A stretch of DNA of 64,000 nt from Schizosaccharomyces osmophilus (lineage: Eukaryota), in NCBI RefSeq assembly GCF_027921745.1, contig NC_079240.1, positions 372,001 through 436,000 of the forward strand. The letters run 5' to 3'. The notes under the pieces are model-generated. The model worked only from the letters and a program-made list of their open reading frames with translations. It made no database searches and had not been told where the DNA came from. This document shows positions 24,154-35,357 of this stretch, one piece after another; within the stretch, counting starts at the first letter, position 1; every line of letters begins with the position of its first letter. Both the position numbers and the translations under genes were made by a program.

Positions 24154-24754
24154 AAAACCCTTCTAATGATAAATGTATACACTAACTTTCCACTCTTTCC
24201 TTAAGTCGTTTTTAAACTTTGAAAAATTAGGAGGTGGTAAGTGTAGAGGCTTACATAAATAATAGTGTAGCAATGAGTATTTCACGCATGTAAGAATAAA
24301 CGTTCATGAAGTTCTTAAAACGATGGATAATACTAGATGAAAGATAATTAAAATTTTTTCCTAGTAGTAAAGCAAATGGTATTTAATGAAAAGCCACTTT
24401 GTATGCACGTTTAAAAACTTTTAGTAACCGATTTTTATTTTGGTTCTTTCTCTTTCTTATTAATTACTGTTCTAGGAAAAGAAGGGCAGGGCAACACACA
24501 AGTTTTTAAAAGAATGACTCTTTACAAATCAAGAGGAGGTATTTTGAGGGTAAATAATATATGAAACACGACGCCAAAAGTCAGCATATTTCCTTCCACA
24601 TAATAACGATGGACCTTTTTATATATGTATACATAGACATGGGGAAGTTTGCCAGTCATAAGCCAAACATAAGATGAGCAACGTTACAGTCCATTTTCAT
24701 AGACATTTTGCATGAAAAAAGAGACTTTCGATAACGAAGCTTTTAATATTGCAA

Positions 24755-25348
24755 TCAAATTTCTGAATTGCCTTTTACAGTTTTCCAGAAAGCTTCACGT
24801 TCGGTCATGAGATCTTGCAACCAACCTTTCACCTGAGAATGCTTAATCAACTGACTAGCCCAAGAAAATTGGCTAAGATCCTTTGTTCCCTGATATTTTT
24901 TTTCATACTCAAACATCTGAGCAAGCATTTCAAACTTGTCGATATCCTTAACGAACTTGGCTTCGGATGTCGAAGCATGTTCATACTCCAAAAATAACTC
25001 TCGTATTTCTTCAGCATTCATTGCCAAGTTTGATGGCAATATTTCTTTGGTAATTTTATTCATAGCTTCCATTTCCAGGCGATGCTTCTCTTCCTTGGAA
25101 ACATTTTCATGGGGGGTAATATCTCCAACAATAGACTCAGCAAGATCATGCACAATGGCGATCTTAACACAACGGTCTTTGTTGATTGCTGGGTCATTGC
25201 AAAGCAATGTTAGGATGCCCATACGGTGCATGTGGTCAGCAATGGACTCAGGAGCCTCAATACCATGGTATAGCCAGCCTGTTCTTGGGGTAGACTTTAA
25301 TTTAGAAATTGTTTCCAAAAAAGGAAGGATCGATTGGGAAACACTCAT
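24755..25348 (-). CDS. hdd1: HD-domain 5'-deoxynucleotidase (HDDC2/YfbR family)
   Basis: ATG at 25348; LKSTPRTGW, ESIADHMHRM, HDLAESIVGDITP, VKDIDKFEM. Confidence 0.9.
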   Translation of the reverse strand: MSVSQSILPFLETISKLKSTPRTGWLYHGIEAPESIADHMHRMGILTLLCNDPAINKDRCVKIAIVHDLAESIVGDITPHENVSKEEKHRLEMEAMNKITKEILPSNLAMNAEEIRELFLEYEHASTSEAKFVKDIDKFEMLAQMFEYEKKYQGTKDLSQFSWASQLIKHSQVKGWLQDLMTEREAFWKTVKGNSEI

Positions 25349-25808
25349 TTCTATATATGACAAGCCGGTAACGAAAAAATTTCCTACAAAGTCAAAAAAG
25401 TAAATAAACGGCCTAAAAACCTTTGGTTTTAAAGAACAAAACAAAAAATGAGAAAATACTAGAGAAAAACAAAGATGAATTTAGACACCCTTTCCGAAAA
25501 TTTTGGACCCCGAACGCGTATACCGCAGAAGTGGTGTTGGTTGCTCTTGGTAGAATGGCATTCATCAAATTTGTGTTCATGGTGAAATGAATTTATAGAG
25601 GCCCCAGATCATTTTTTCAATCTATTGTTTTAGAAAGAATAGTTTCAATGAACTACCACTTAATAGCTTGAGGATATTTTCTCAGCCATTAAAATGAATC
25701 GCTTCGTTTATTCATCCCTTCAGCTGAGCAAAAAAGATACTTTTAAAAAAATCTGTAACTTTATTCATAAAATGAAAATGATGACTTAGTCACTCAATAG
25801 CAAATTGC

Positions 25809-26996
25809 CTATTTACCATGATGACCTCGAACAGCTTCCTTGAGGCATTCGTCTTGGAATGAAAGCTCTTCAATTATATTTACTCCTGAATTCTTTAACA
25901 AATCGACTCCCTCACATTTCACGAACGTATCTGGTTCTCTGGATCCAAGTACAACTGTCGATATGTTTTGACTTATGATTAAATCGGTACAAGATTTTTT
26001 CCCTGATAGACGCTTACTACAGGGTTCCATAGTACTGTAAATCATTGTACCTTTCAAGGAAGATCCGTGAGGTTGTTGCGATAAATATTTCATTATAGCG
26101 CATTCTTCAGCATGTGTATTGCCTGGTAACTCACGTGAATGTCCTGTTGATACTATTTCACCATGTAGAACAAGAACAGATCCAATACAAAAAGCCGAAT
26201 CGGTAGGCTCGCATTTCCTGGCTTCTTTTAAAGCAGCATACATCAAAGCTTTGTGGTTGTAGGGTTTCAGCAAGAAAAGCGCCATATTCTCTGGAAAGCC
26301 CTCCTGTTCATAATTGAACAGAAAAACCTGATAATATGGCTGTATTTTCAGTAAAAAGTCTGTGAGTGTTTCAGGATCTCTCAACTCTTGACCTACAAGA
26401 CAAGTAAGGTCAGGAAATAATTGTGCAAAAGAGGCCATCGTAGATACGAGGTGTGTATTTAAATTCGGGTTATATATGCAATCAAACAAGCACAATATGT
26501 CTAAAGAAGCATCTTTCCATTCCTTTTCAGAAGGAGGGTTGGTCCAATCCAAATCAGATACCTCCACCATATTAGCTCCATTTTGATCTAAATTTTCACG
26601 GAGTTCCTTCAAATAGTCAATCTGATCCGTGGCAATATATTTACCAACTCGAGGGCCCAAAAGGATTCCTCCAATCCCGCTTATACCAGATCCAAGCTCT
26701 ATAACAGAAACGTCAGAGGAAAGTGTATTTGCAAACCAACTTTGTTTCATCAACCAAGGAATAACGCTAATAGACGTTTTCCAAACTACAGATCCTGTAG
26801 ATCCCGGGAGTTGGTGCAACGATTGACGATTTTGCTTGATTTGAATCTTGTGCTCGTCAAGCTCTAAGTTCACTCTGTCTAATCTGGAGTCAAACATTCC
26901 CAAATCCGCATTCTTCTTCTTATGAACGGCGAATAATACTTGCACATCTTCTTCAACTTCTTCAATCGGGGCATACAAGTTCGAGGGAACCTCCAT
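25809..26996 (-). CDS. rib2: Fusion of a class I SAM-dependent protein methyltransferase-like domain (Rkm5/Methyltransf_16 type) and a CMP/dCMP-type DRAP deaminase
   Basis: N-half TGSVVWKTS, VIELGSGISG, ATDQ, LDW, DCIYN. C-half zinc deaminase HAEEC and STMEPCSKRLSG..C. Confidence 0.85.
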   Translation of the reverse strand: MEVPSNLYAPIEEVEEDVQVLFAVHKKKNADLGMFDSRLDRVNLELDEHKIQIKQNRQSLHQLPGSTGSVVWKTSISVIPWLMKQSWFANTLSSDVSVIELGSGISGIGGILLGPRVGKYIATDQIDYLKELRENLDQNGANMVEVSDLDWTNPPSEKEWKDASLDILCLFDCIYNPNLNTHLVSTMASFAQLFPDLTCLVGQELRDPETLTDFLLKIQPYYQVFLFNYEQEGFPENMALFLLKPYNHKALMYAALKEARKCEPTDSAFCIGSVLVLHGEIVSTGHSRELPGNTHAEECAIMKYLSQQPHGSSLKGTMIYSTMEPCSKRLSGKKSCTDLIISQNISTVVLGSREPDTFVKCEGVDLLKNSGVNIIEELSFQDECLKEAVRGHHGK

Positions 26997-27341
26997 CCTA
27001 GATGAGTTGGGTATACGAAGTATAAAAACTATACGAAATCTAAATTTATAAAGTTATAAGCAAAAAGAAATGTTTCGTTTGAATAACCGATCTTAGTAGG
27101 CTTGCACAATTCGTTTGACCCCAAATCCGACTGGTCAAAACGAAATCCTTTTAAAACTAATTAATTGAATCTTCAAGTGAAAGAAGATATAAAGGGTAGT
27201 TTGAATGATGCTTGAGGGATTTGAGGGTGGAAGTAGTCAAAATTGTCAAATGTTGCTTCAACTATATGGCCATGTCAGCTCGCAGAACGCACCCACTACA
27301 CAACCCCAGACTGTGTACGTAAAACCATAGATTACTAAGAA

Positions 27342-28412
27342 ATGAGTCTTTCCAGTAGACTTTCGAGTCTTCAATTGAATGTAAATGATGATATGAAGCC
27401 GGCTTATGGCTCATTGAACGCAAATCCAAATGAAAAACCAAGTATGATTCTATGGACGCGATCAGGTGAAAAAGTACTAATAATTGAGCTACATAGATAC
27501 TTCCGGAATTTTAGGTCCATCCATTTCACAGTCGTCCGGTACAATTGCCGACTTTGGTGCAAATGGTTTGTTTTCTTCCTCTATCCGCAATCCCAATGAT
27601 TCCCATGCCCTGCACCGAAATAGCAGCCCCGTTGATGTAAATAGTCATAAAAACAAGCTTTTGGGAGTCATTACTGGAAAATCCGGTTCCAATTCACCTT
27701 CTTTCACTGATGCCACTGAAACAAAAGATTTGAACCCCTCTGAAAATATGGAATCCTCCAGTCCTGTGGATGAGTCTGAAAAAGCGTATTCTCTTGAATC
27801 TCTTCTGCCTATTATTCGTATGGAAGATACCGATTTGTGCATGTTACAACTGGGTTGTGATTTGTCTGCTTTAGGTTTTGATTTGGCACCCGTAGAGTAA
27901 GTCTTTTAGTGATATTTCCAGAATTTACGTTCCTAACGTTGTTTTCTAGGGAGGATCGGTTAATATCTACAAATATGTCGTCTCCTTGGGCTGAGCTGAA
28001 TACCAAGAAGCCAATTTCCGAACCTCCATTCAAGCTTCCTGAATGCTATAAGAGTGTTGCTCCTCCTCCTCAACTCTCAAAAGTCATTCAATTTTCTGAC
28101 GAAACCCTGTTTTATATCTTTTATACAAAACCTCAAGACATTTTACAAGAGGCCGCTGCTCAAGAACTGTATGTAGCATCGTTATGAAGTATTGTCTAAC
28201 TCTTTAGTACTAATCGCAACTGGCGTTTCCACAAAGAATTTAGAGTTTGGTTAACACCAGTACCTGGTACGAAACCACTTCAACGCACGCCCCAATTTGA
28301 ACGTGGCTACTATATGATTTTTGATCCTGTTCATTGGAAGAAAATCAGGAAAGACTTTATGCTTATGTATGCTGCTCTCGAAGATCGTTCTCAAAGTGCT
28401 ATTCCAACATGA
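27342..28412 (+). CDS. not2: CCR4-NOT subunit Not2; exons 27342-27441, 27497-27896, 27950-28168, 28208-28412
   Basis: Three in-frame GT..AG introns; NOT box FSDETLFYIFY..PQDILQEAAAQELTNRNWRFHKE..FERGYY..FDP..W. Confidence 0.93.
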
Positions 28413-28813
28413 AGAGGAAAGTGTAAGACTTGTATACTTTCGAATTGTACAAAAGGATTAATTTGGGTTTGGTAATCATTATGATGGATGATTAGTTTTA
28501 ATTTTGCATCCGAAGTATTCATGAAAAAAGTTTTGATGTCCTATACAGAGTAATTAAAATCTCATAACTTCAGCGATACACCAACGGTTTGATTATGTAT
28601 TCTATATTTTCAATTTTTCTTAGCAGAAACAACGACTCGTTATTTATCTATCTTTATTTTTTGTATAAAAAAATTATTAACATGCATGTATATTTTATAA
28701 CCAAAACAATTATTCGCGTAACCTTCATTGATATTAAACATCAGCAGAAAAGCCGCAAGACCCTCCAACCCCTAACTCAACGTTTTAACGTTTTAGAGTG
28801 CGCTTCTAAATGG

Positions 28814-30364
28814 TCACTTGGAATTTTTTGAAGTATTTTCGCTTCCGTCTTCATTGTGTAAACGACGGAATGCCCGTTTAAGGAAGCCTCCTACTGAACC
28901 TTCCGATTTAGAATCATCAGATAAAGACTCGGAAGGCTTGTCTTTACTTGGTGAATCAGAAGATGCAGGGGATTGATTCTCGGTTGGAGAACGCGGAGTA
29001 CTTCTACGTGCCGAAGTATCATTGAGGGAATCAGCTAGCTGTTCCAACAAGCTTCGTTCATGGGGAGACAGTGCCTTCGGAGTGTTCACCTCAAAATCTA
29101 TGTAAAAGTTTCCATAACGAGCAATAGCTGAAACGTTGCGGATGCCTTTACCAGTCATAGTAATACGATCGCCGGAGACTGTACCAGGAGGTACACGAAG
29201 GTCCACTTCACCAGTCAAAGTAGGGATGCGAATTGTTCCTCCTAAGGCAGCGGTAGTCATAGGAACCTTAGCTGTGTACAGAACGTTGTTTCCTTGACGA
29301 TTAAAGAATTTGTGTTTACGTACACGAACAGTGGCATAAAGATCTCCAGGACGAGATTTCGCATCAGGAGCAGCCTTTGCAGTAGCAGCCTCGTTTCCGG
29401 CACCAACGACTCGTAATACGGTGTTGTCATCGATACCAGCAGGAATATCTAACGAGATAGTCTTCCGTTCACGGACAGTGCCAGAGCCGCTGCATGAACG
29501 ACAAGCAGATGAAGCAGGGATAGTGGTTCCACTTCCACCGCAAACATCACAAGTAGATTGCATATGCATGGAAGGGGGGATGAAATGAAGACGGTGACCA
29601 CTTCCTTTACATGCAAAGCAGGTACTGCGATGAGCGCCAGTTTGAAGACCGGATCCATGACAGCTAGAACACGTTGATGAAACTGAGTAGACGACATCCT
29701 TCTTGACGCCTTTTACGGCGTCCATAAAATCGATGTTAAGACTGACTTCCGCATCTTCACCAACGTATACCTCAAAAGGGCTGGCACGCCTGCCCCGTCC
29801 TGTTCTTCCAGTAAACGACGAAAATAAGTCTTCAAAATTGAAACCAGGGAAGCCAGATCCAAATGATGATTCAAAACCATTTTGAAAGCCTCCAAAATCA
29901 TTACCCGTAAATTCGCCATTTTTAAAGGCACCAGAGCCATATGTATCGAAAGCCTTTTTCTTCTCTGGATCTTGTAGAAGCTCATAAGCTTGCTTAATGT
30001 CTACAAACTTTTCCTGAGCACTTTTATCGGGATTTGCATCTGGATGATATTGTTTTGCTAATTTGTAGTAAGCAGACTTGATTTCTTTTGGAGAAGCGGT
30101 CTTTGACACACCCAATGTCTTGTAAGGATCCGTCATATCATGAGCGACATTGGAAGCATGGAAGAAGCGCTGAAAACGTTGAGGTCTCACTGTAGCTGCA
30201 TTCCGTAAGATATAGCCAGCCTTGGCATTGAGAGCATGAGAAACAAAAGCACGTCGAATTGGCTGGGAAATATTTTTGCGGGCTTTGGATAAGCGATGGC
30301 AGGTATGCCGGGAAGCAACAGAATGCAAAGTAGAAATATTCGACCGTAAACCGAAAGGGATCAT
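28814..30364 (-). CDS. mdj1: Mitochondrial DnaJ co-chaperone
   Basis: Basic presequence, J domain with HPD, G/F region and four CxxCxGxG repeats. Confidence 0.93.
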   Translation of the reverse strand: MIPFGLRSNISTLHSVASRHTCHRLSKARKNISQPIRRAFVSHALNAKAGYILRNAATVRPQRFQRFFHASNVAHDMTDPYKTLGVSKTASPKEIKSAYYKLAKQYHPDANPDKSAQEKFVDIKQAYELLQDPEKKKAFDTYGSGAFKNGEFTGNDFGGFQNGFESSFGSGFPGFNFEDLFSSFTGRTGRGRRASPFEVYVGEDAEVSLNIDFMDAVKGVKKDVVYSVSSTCSSCHGSGLQTGAHRSTCFACKGSGHRLHFIPPSMHMQSTCDVCGGSGTTIPASSACRSCSGSGTVRERKTISLDIPAGIDDNTVLRVVGAGNEAATAKAAPDAKSRPGDLYATVRVRKHKFFNRQGNNVLYTAKVPMTTAALGGTIRIPTLTGEVDLRVPPGTVSGDRITMTGKGIRNVSAIARYGNFYIDFEVNTPKALSPHERSLLEQLADSLNDTSARRSTPRSPTENQSPASSDSPSKDKPSESLSDDSKSEGSVGGFLKRAFRRLHNEDGSENTSKNSK

Positions 30365-30963
30365 GATGATATTAAATAAAGAAAGATCAATCAAATTTGG
30401 TTGAATGAAATACCGTTCCGTTCGCGATCTCTTTTCGGGTTGTTTTGCACAAAATTTGTGTTTGATTGAATGAACGATTCAAGCTAACTTAAGGCAAACC
30501 AGAGGACAAATCGAGAATAAAAAGAAATAATAAAAAGGCGGCAAGATTCCAATTATCTGAATTACTCCAAAAACGTTTGAATTATATGAATGTATTCTAA
30601 TGGGGTATGAAAAATCACTAAAGGATCAAAAAGATGCTTTAATGATATTTTAAGACTATTTAATAGTCAAATTCTTGACTAAATAAATACTGAACACTAG
30701 TTTTTGAAGATGAGAGGATGGTTAAAGGGAAACGGTCTGTCATGGAATGTGCTGCTAAGAAAGCGGCGTAGAAGCTAACAGAACTTCACCAGAACCCAAC
30801 CTCAAAAAAGAGACAGAAAGCCACGGAAAAGAAAAAGATATACGCTTTTAAGACTATCTATTTACTTCTTTATACTCTTAAAAAAATTTAGATTATACTC
30901 ACTGAAACTGACGCGTAATTGGGCTAGACCAGTTCTTTCGGATTTTTGACATTTTGGGCCAAT

Positions 30964-31617
30964 ATGCAAACTGAGCAAGTTGCAGGATGCGCAGTACTCA
31001 TAACTGTTGCTGCTTTAACTATCCGGTGGATTTTTTCTACAGACAAGTCTTCGCACACAAATGTTCATAATCCTGGTGCTTTAGATTCCGGTCATGCAGT
31101 GAACAGTGAGCAAGTAAATATGATCAAATCAGTATTTCCTAATATTGAGACTTCGGCTATCGCTTACGATTTGCAAAAAACTGGGAGTGTTGATGCTACT
31201 ATTGAAAATGCGATTGCTTCTCAGAATTTACCTCTGCCTCCACGAGAATCAGTTCTTTACACTCGCTTCCCTCTAACACCTGGTTCTGATTTAAATAATC
31301 ATGCATTGGTGACTAATAGTGCAAATCGTGAAGAAGCTGCTCAGACTGGGCAAAGTCCAGATGGTGTAGGAAGTGCATCAACGTTAGATGCCTCTAAGAG
31401 CCTCATTGATAAGTATGGACTTTCTTCTCGACTTAAAGACACAAGTAGCTCTTCATCATCATCACCCTCGAAGAATGTATCCGTTCATGTTTACCGTCAA
31501 AAGTTTCCCAACTCGAAGAAAGAGAGGGAAGAGCTTTTTCGTCGGCGCAAGGAAGAAATGATAATTGCTGCTCGTAAACGAATGGAAGAAAAAATTGTAG
31601 TTGGTGATGATGCTTGA
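30964..31617 (+). CDS. cue1: CUE-domain ERAD protein (Cue1/Cue4 family)
   Basis: N-terminal TM, CUE 'VFPNI..AIAYDLQKTGSVDATIE' and U7BR-like 'RRKEEMIIAARKRME'. Confidence 0.85.
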   Translation: MQTEQVAGCAVLITVAALTIRWIFSTDKSSHTNVHNPGALDSGHAVNSEQVNMIKSVFPNIETSAIAYDLQKTGSVDATIENAIASQNLPLPPRESVLYTRFPLTPGSDLNNHALVTNSANREEAAQTGQSPDGVGSASTLDASKSLIDKYGLSSRLKDTSSSSSSSPSKNVSVHVYRQKFPNSKKEREELFRRRKEEMIIAARKRMEEKIVVGDDA

Positions 31618-32802
31618 TTAAGCATCTCAAGAAAGAAATTATTCCTTACGGTTCATTATTAAGGGAAATACGGTAATTCTCTGCCGTCTGATATTGCTGA
31701 AGGTTTTTTTATTTTAATGTTTTGAAGGAAAGCTCTTTTATTTCTTGTAATATACTGGCAAACACTATCGTTTTATGCTCTTACGTATATTACTAGATGA
31801 CAAAATAAGTTTTCTGATCAATTTCAATGATCTTGTTTATATGAAAGTTATTCCTAAATAGCTATGCAATGTTGTTTTCAATTTTTTAAAAGTTATTATG
31901 TCTCTAATATGTCTCTAAGTTATATATATATATTTTTTTATATTAAACGATTGTTATTTACTAATGGACATTTCTATCGTTCTCACCACTGGGTTTGGAG
32001 GAGGAATGGCGCTAATTATAGGTCCTTTTTACAATTTTTTCATTGTTGAAATGCCATGTTTTCCAGGGTTTTTGGAAAAGTGCAAAAGAGGATTCAAAGG
32101 GATCTATTTAAAGTGATACTCTTGTGTAAATAAATCGTTTCATAGGCTTTTTTTGGAGCGTATTCTGCCGAATTTAATCTTTGCTATTCCAAAATGTTTA
32201 ATGGTCGCTATCAAGGTCTCCGTCGTTTGCTGAATGGTTTTACAGATTGTTCTCACTGAAAGAGTAAGTCTCTTATTGCTGGATTTCAAAATATGCGAAT
32301 TGTGGTTTGTAGTACAATATCAAAGCATCAAGGTCCATTTAATGAGCATGTTTCTTCAGCTTATGTATTGAATAGATATTCATTTTCTATATAAATTATT
32401 AGGCTTGGCAATCTTGTTTCAGTATTTTGCCTAAATTGGCCCTCTATAGTAATATAATCCTAGTGAGTTCCATATAATGATTCTTACATAACCGGATGTT
32501 CCCCAGTTTTCATGACTTGTAATCGCTTCCAATTCCTATACTCGAAGTTTGATGACTGAAAAAGAAGTAATTACTTTATTAATTGCTGAGTCCTAGATTT
32601 GTACATCTAAGAAAGAATCATAAGCAAAATTGAGAAGGGTTTGCAGTACTGACATCTGCACCTTTCGTTGAGGAAAAGAGAAAACATAATTCCAAGTTTG
32701 CTAGTCAAATTTTCCCTGCTTCTTGTGAACATTGAGGAATTTTTTAACAGGGTCAAAAGTTTTTGGGCTGTTTAATTTGTCTTTGATTCGGTTGGCCTGC
32801 AT

Positions 32803-32813
32803 TGTTTGTTTAC
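32803..32813 (-). promoter_or_regulatory. Forkhead/FLEX site GTAAACAAACA upstream of the RING E3 gene
   Basis: TGTTTGTTTAC on the + strand, about 170 nt before the ATG at 32982. Confidence 0.55.
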
Positions 32814-32981
32814 GTTAATTGGGAGAGTTTTACTTAGCTTATTGCGGAATATTGAGAACGAAATAATCCTTTTATTTTGTATTTGAGTTACAACATAGTC
32901 CTTCTTCTTTTGTAGGATCCTTGAAAAGAAACAAAGGATTTCGAGCCTTCTTGGTCTTGTAGAAACAAAAGTTGGGATTTC

Positions 32982-35357
32982 ATGGGACAAGCAAACTCTC
33001 GTCCGCCGCTGCCTGAGAACCATGAACAATACTCAAACAAAAATTACAGCTTTTTACATAGACTTAAATCATTTTGGAAACGGTACGTTTCTCGGGACGA
33101 TACTTCTTCGTTAAGCAATGGAACACGGTCTACTGGGGTGCATGGTTCTTCACAATTATCCGATTTCAGTCTGTCTTCAAAATTATCGGCTTCTGAAGAA
33201 GAAAGGTCGCTACATTCACGTGGCTCATCTGTCCCCGACACGCCTGTCAATGCCTCCCTCCGACAACCGCCAAACAGAATTCCTATAGGAAGTTTATCTA
33301 CGGTCTCCCAAAATGTAAGACCAAATATGGCCGACGTTTTACCTGTAATGCCTCCAAGTAGGCCAAACAGTGATACCCAATTGCATTGTTCTAACTTTAA
33401 TGACCATACTAATGCTTCTGCTCTGCCTTTCCACGATTTCCATGAATCTAGCTCCTCCATATTCGACACTGCTAATGAAACAGCTAGTGATGGCCACGCT
33501 TCTCCTACCTCTGATACCTCGATGCCTGTAAATTATCGTTCACAATCTTCTACTCAAAATCCCCTTTTAACGAATAATACCCAGAATCAAACTTCCGAAA
33601 GTCGGTCACCACTTATCGATCATTTACGACAATATTTGACACAAGATCCCAATCAACGCCAACAGCACAGCCACGCCGTGCCTTTTGGCGATGAAGCCTT
33701 ATCGAATCCTGGTAATCTATCTCATTCCTCTATTTCTTCACGTTCCGAGCTTGAAGTCGATTTCAATACGAACTCGGAAAATCGTGCAAATTCCGCTTTG
33801 CCTCCTGAAACCGGTTCAGCGTTTCAGGGATCCAACAATGAAAATGCTACCAGCATGCTAAGTCGACTGCTTTCGGCAGCCGCTATTGAAACCGCAGCCT
33901 CTATTATGAACAACGAAGCCCGTGGACCTAACACTCATTCTGGTGAGAGGCCATCTACAGTTCGATCTATTGACGGGTCATTTGAAAATTTCCTCGATGA
34001 TCTTCGTAATGGCAATATAACTAGTGTTTTGGAAAATTCTGCCAATTCTCGAAGAGATGCGACAATCAACCGGGATTCTGAATTAGAAAACCCTGAAGTT
34101 CAGTACTTGAGGATGTTCCGATTCCCAGCTTCCCGTCATTCAGATAATACAAATGATGACCAAAGTCAGCAAGATGATAATGGGCCCGAGCTTTCTCTTG
34201 TTCCAGTGTTGATAGTATGTATGCGCAATATCACGGACAGTTCTGAGGATCCTATGCAAAGCATGTCTCAAGATAGTCAAAGTTATCATGAGGAACTTCG
34301 AGATAACATTTCCATTAATGACATTACTGAACGAATGGCCCAGTCGACGAACTCATCAAATGAAGTTGTAGCTTCAAGGACTTTTTCAACGGATCGGGTA
34401 TCGAATATATCCAGCTCAATCGATCATTACAGTTCGGCGTCAGCAAGAAGTGATACTTCTTTATCTGGATACCCTCGCCATTCTACTGGATGGCCTTCTT
34501 TTACATCTGCAAGCTCTTCACTTCCTTCTGAGCTTAGGAGTCATAACGTGATTAGAAGAGCTAATGAGGGTCTCAGTTCTGAAACTGAATCTACACAGAC
34601 TCGAGATCAACCTAATGCCCAGCAGCCGAGAACAGAAATGAGTATGAACGAGACACCGACTTTGCATACGCGAGAGAATCATTTTGATTCTCGTGTTGGT
34701 ACAGACAACAATGCAGATTATGGGTTTGGGGAGAGCCGTGGATTGATGAGTCACAATCGCGGAGAAGGGCTGGGATTTGGAAGCGTTGAAGCATCGACAA
34801 ACCAACTCTATCAAGATTCCATTTCTTTAGATAACAGTCGGCACAACGCGTCTAGAGGGTTGACATCTGTGGGAGAAAGGACTAATGAGCGTGTTGGAGT
34901 AAACGAAACGTCCAATAATAACTCAAATAATGCCCATGGGGACTGGCTTATTTATGTTTTTGGGGGATTGTTTCCAGACTACCATCCGATTTTAACTACA
35001 GTAAGCTTGTTTTCTGACAATCCCACGTATGAAGATTTGTTAGCGTTGACTAGTTATTTGGGTCCTGCAAAAAAGCCTGTTGCGACCGCAGAGGATTTAA
35101 ATCGCGCAGGTGGGCTATTTCCGTATTCGGAAAATGGAAATCTTGTTTCTAATAGTACATGTTTGATTTGCCTGGAACCATTTGAGTGCAATGTGTTGTG
35201 CAGGAGGTTGAAAAGCTGCAAGCATTTTTATCATAAAGATTGCGTAGATCAATGGCTTACTACAGGCAACAATTCCTGTCCTTTGTGTCGTTCCCGTGGT
35301 GTGAAAACCAGTAATGAAGGAACAAGTCAGCACATGCCCGACGTATCTTTTATTTAA
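32982..35357 (+). CDS. RING-H2 E3 ubiquitin ligase with a long disordered N-terminus and a possible N-myristoylation start (MGQANS)
   Basis: C-terminal CLIC...CKHFYHKDCVDQWLTTGNNSCPLC; 'PTYEDLLAL' motif. Confidence 0.9.
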   Translation: MGQANSRPPLPENHEQYSNKNYSFLHRLKSFWKRYVSRDDTSSLSNGTRSTGVHGSSQLSDFSLSSKLSASEEERSLHSRGSSVPDTPVNASLRQPPNRIPIGSLSTVSQNVRPNMADVLPVMPPSRPNSDTQLHCSNFNDHTNASALPFHDFHESSSSIFDTANETASDGHASPTSDTSMPVNYRSQSSTQNPLLTNNTQNQTSESRSPLIDHLRQYLTQDPNQRQQHSHAVPFGDEALSNPGNLSHSSISSRSELEVDFNTNSENRANSALPPETGSAFQGSNNENATSMLSRLLSAAAIETAASIMNNEARGPNTHSGERPSTVRSIDGSFENFLDDLRNGNITSVLENSANSRRDATINRDSELENPEVQYLRMFRFPASRHSDNTNDDQSQQDDNGPELSLVPVLIVCMRNITDSSEDPMQSMSQDSQSYHEELRDNISINDITERMAQSTNSSNEVVASRTFSTDRVSNISSSIDHYSSASARSDTSLSGYPRHSTGWPSFTSASSSLPSELRSHNVIRRANEGLSSETESTQTRDQPNAQQPRTEMSMNETPTLHTRENHFDSRVGTDNNADYGFGESRGLMSHNRGEGLGFGSVEASTNQLYQDSISLDNSRHNASRGLTSVGERTNERVGVNETSNNNSNNAHGDWLIYVFGGLFPDYHPILTTVSLFSDNPTYEDLLALTSYLGPAKKPVATAEDLNRAGGLFPYSENGNLVSNSTCLICLEPFECNVLCRRLKSCKHFYHKDCVDQWLTTGNNSCPLCRSRGVKTSNEGTSQHMPDVSFI

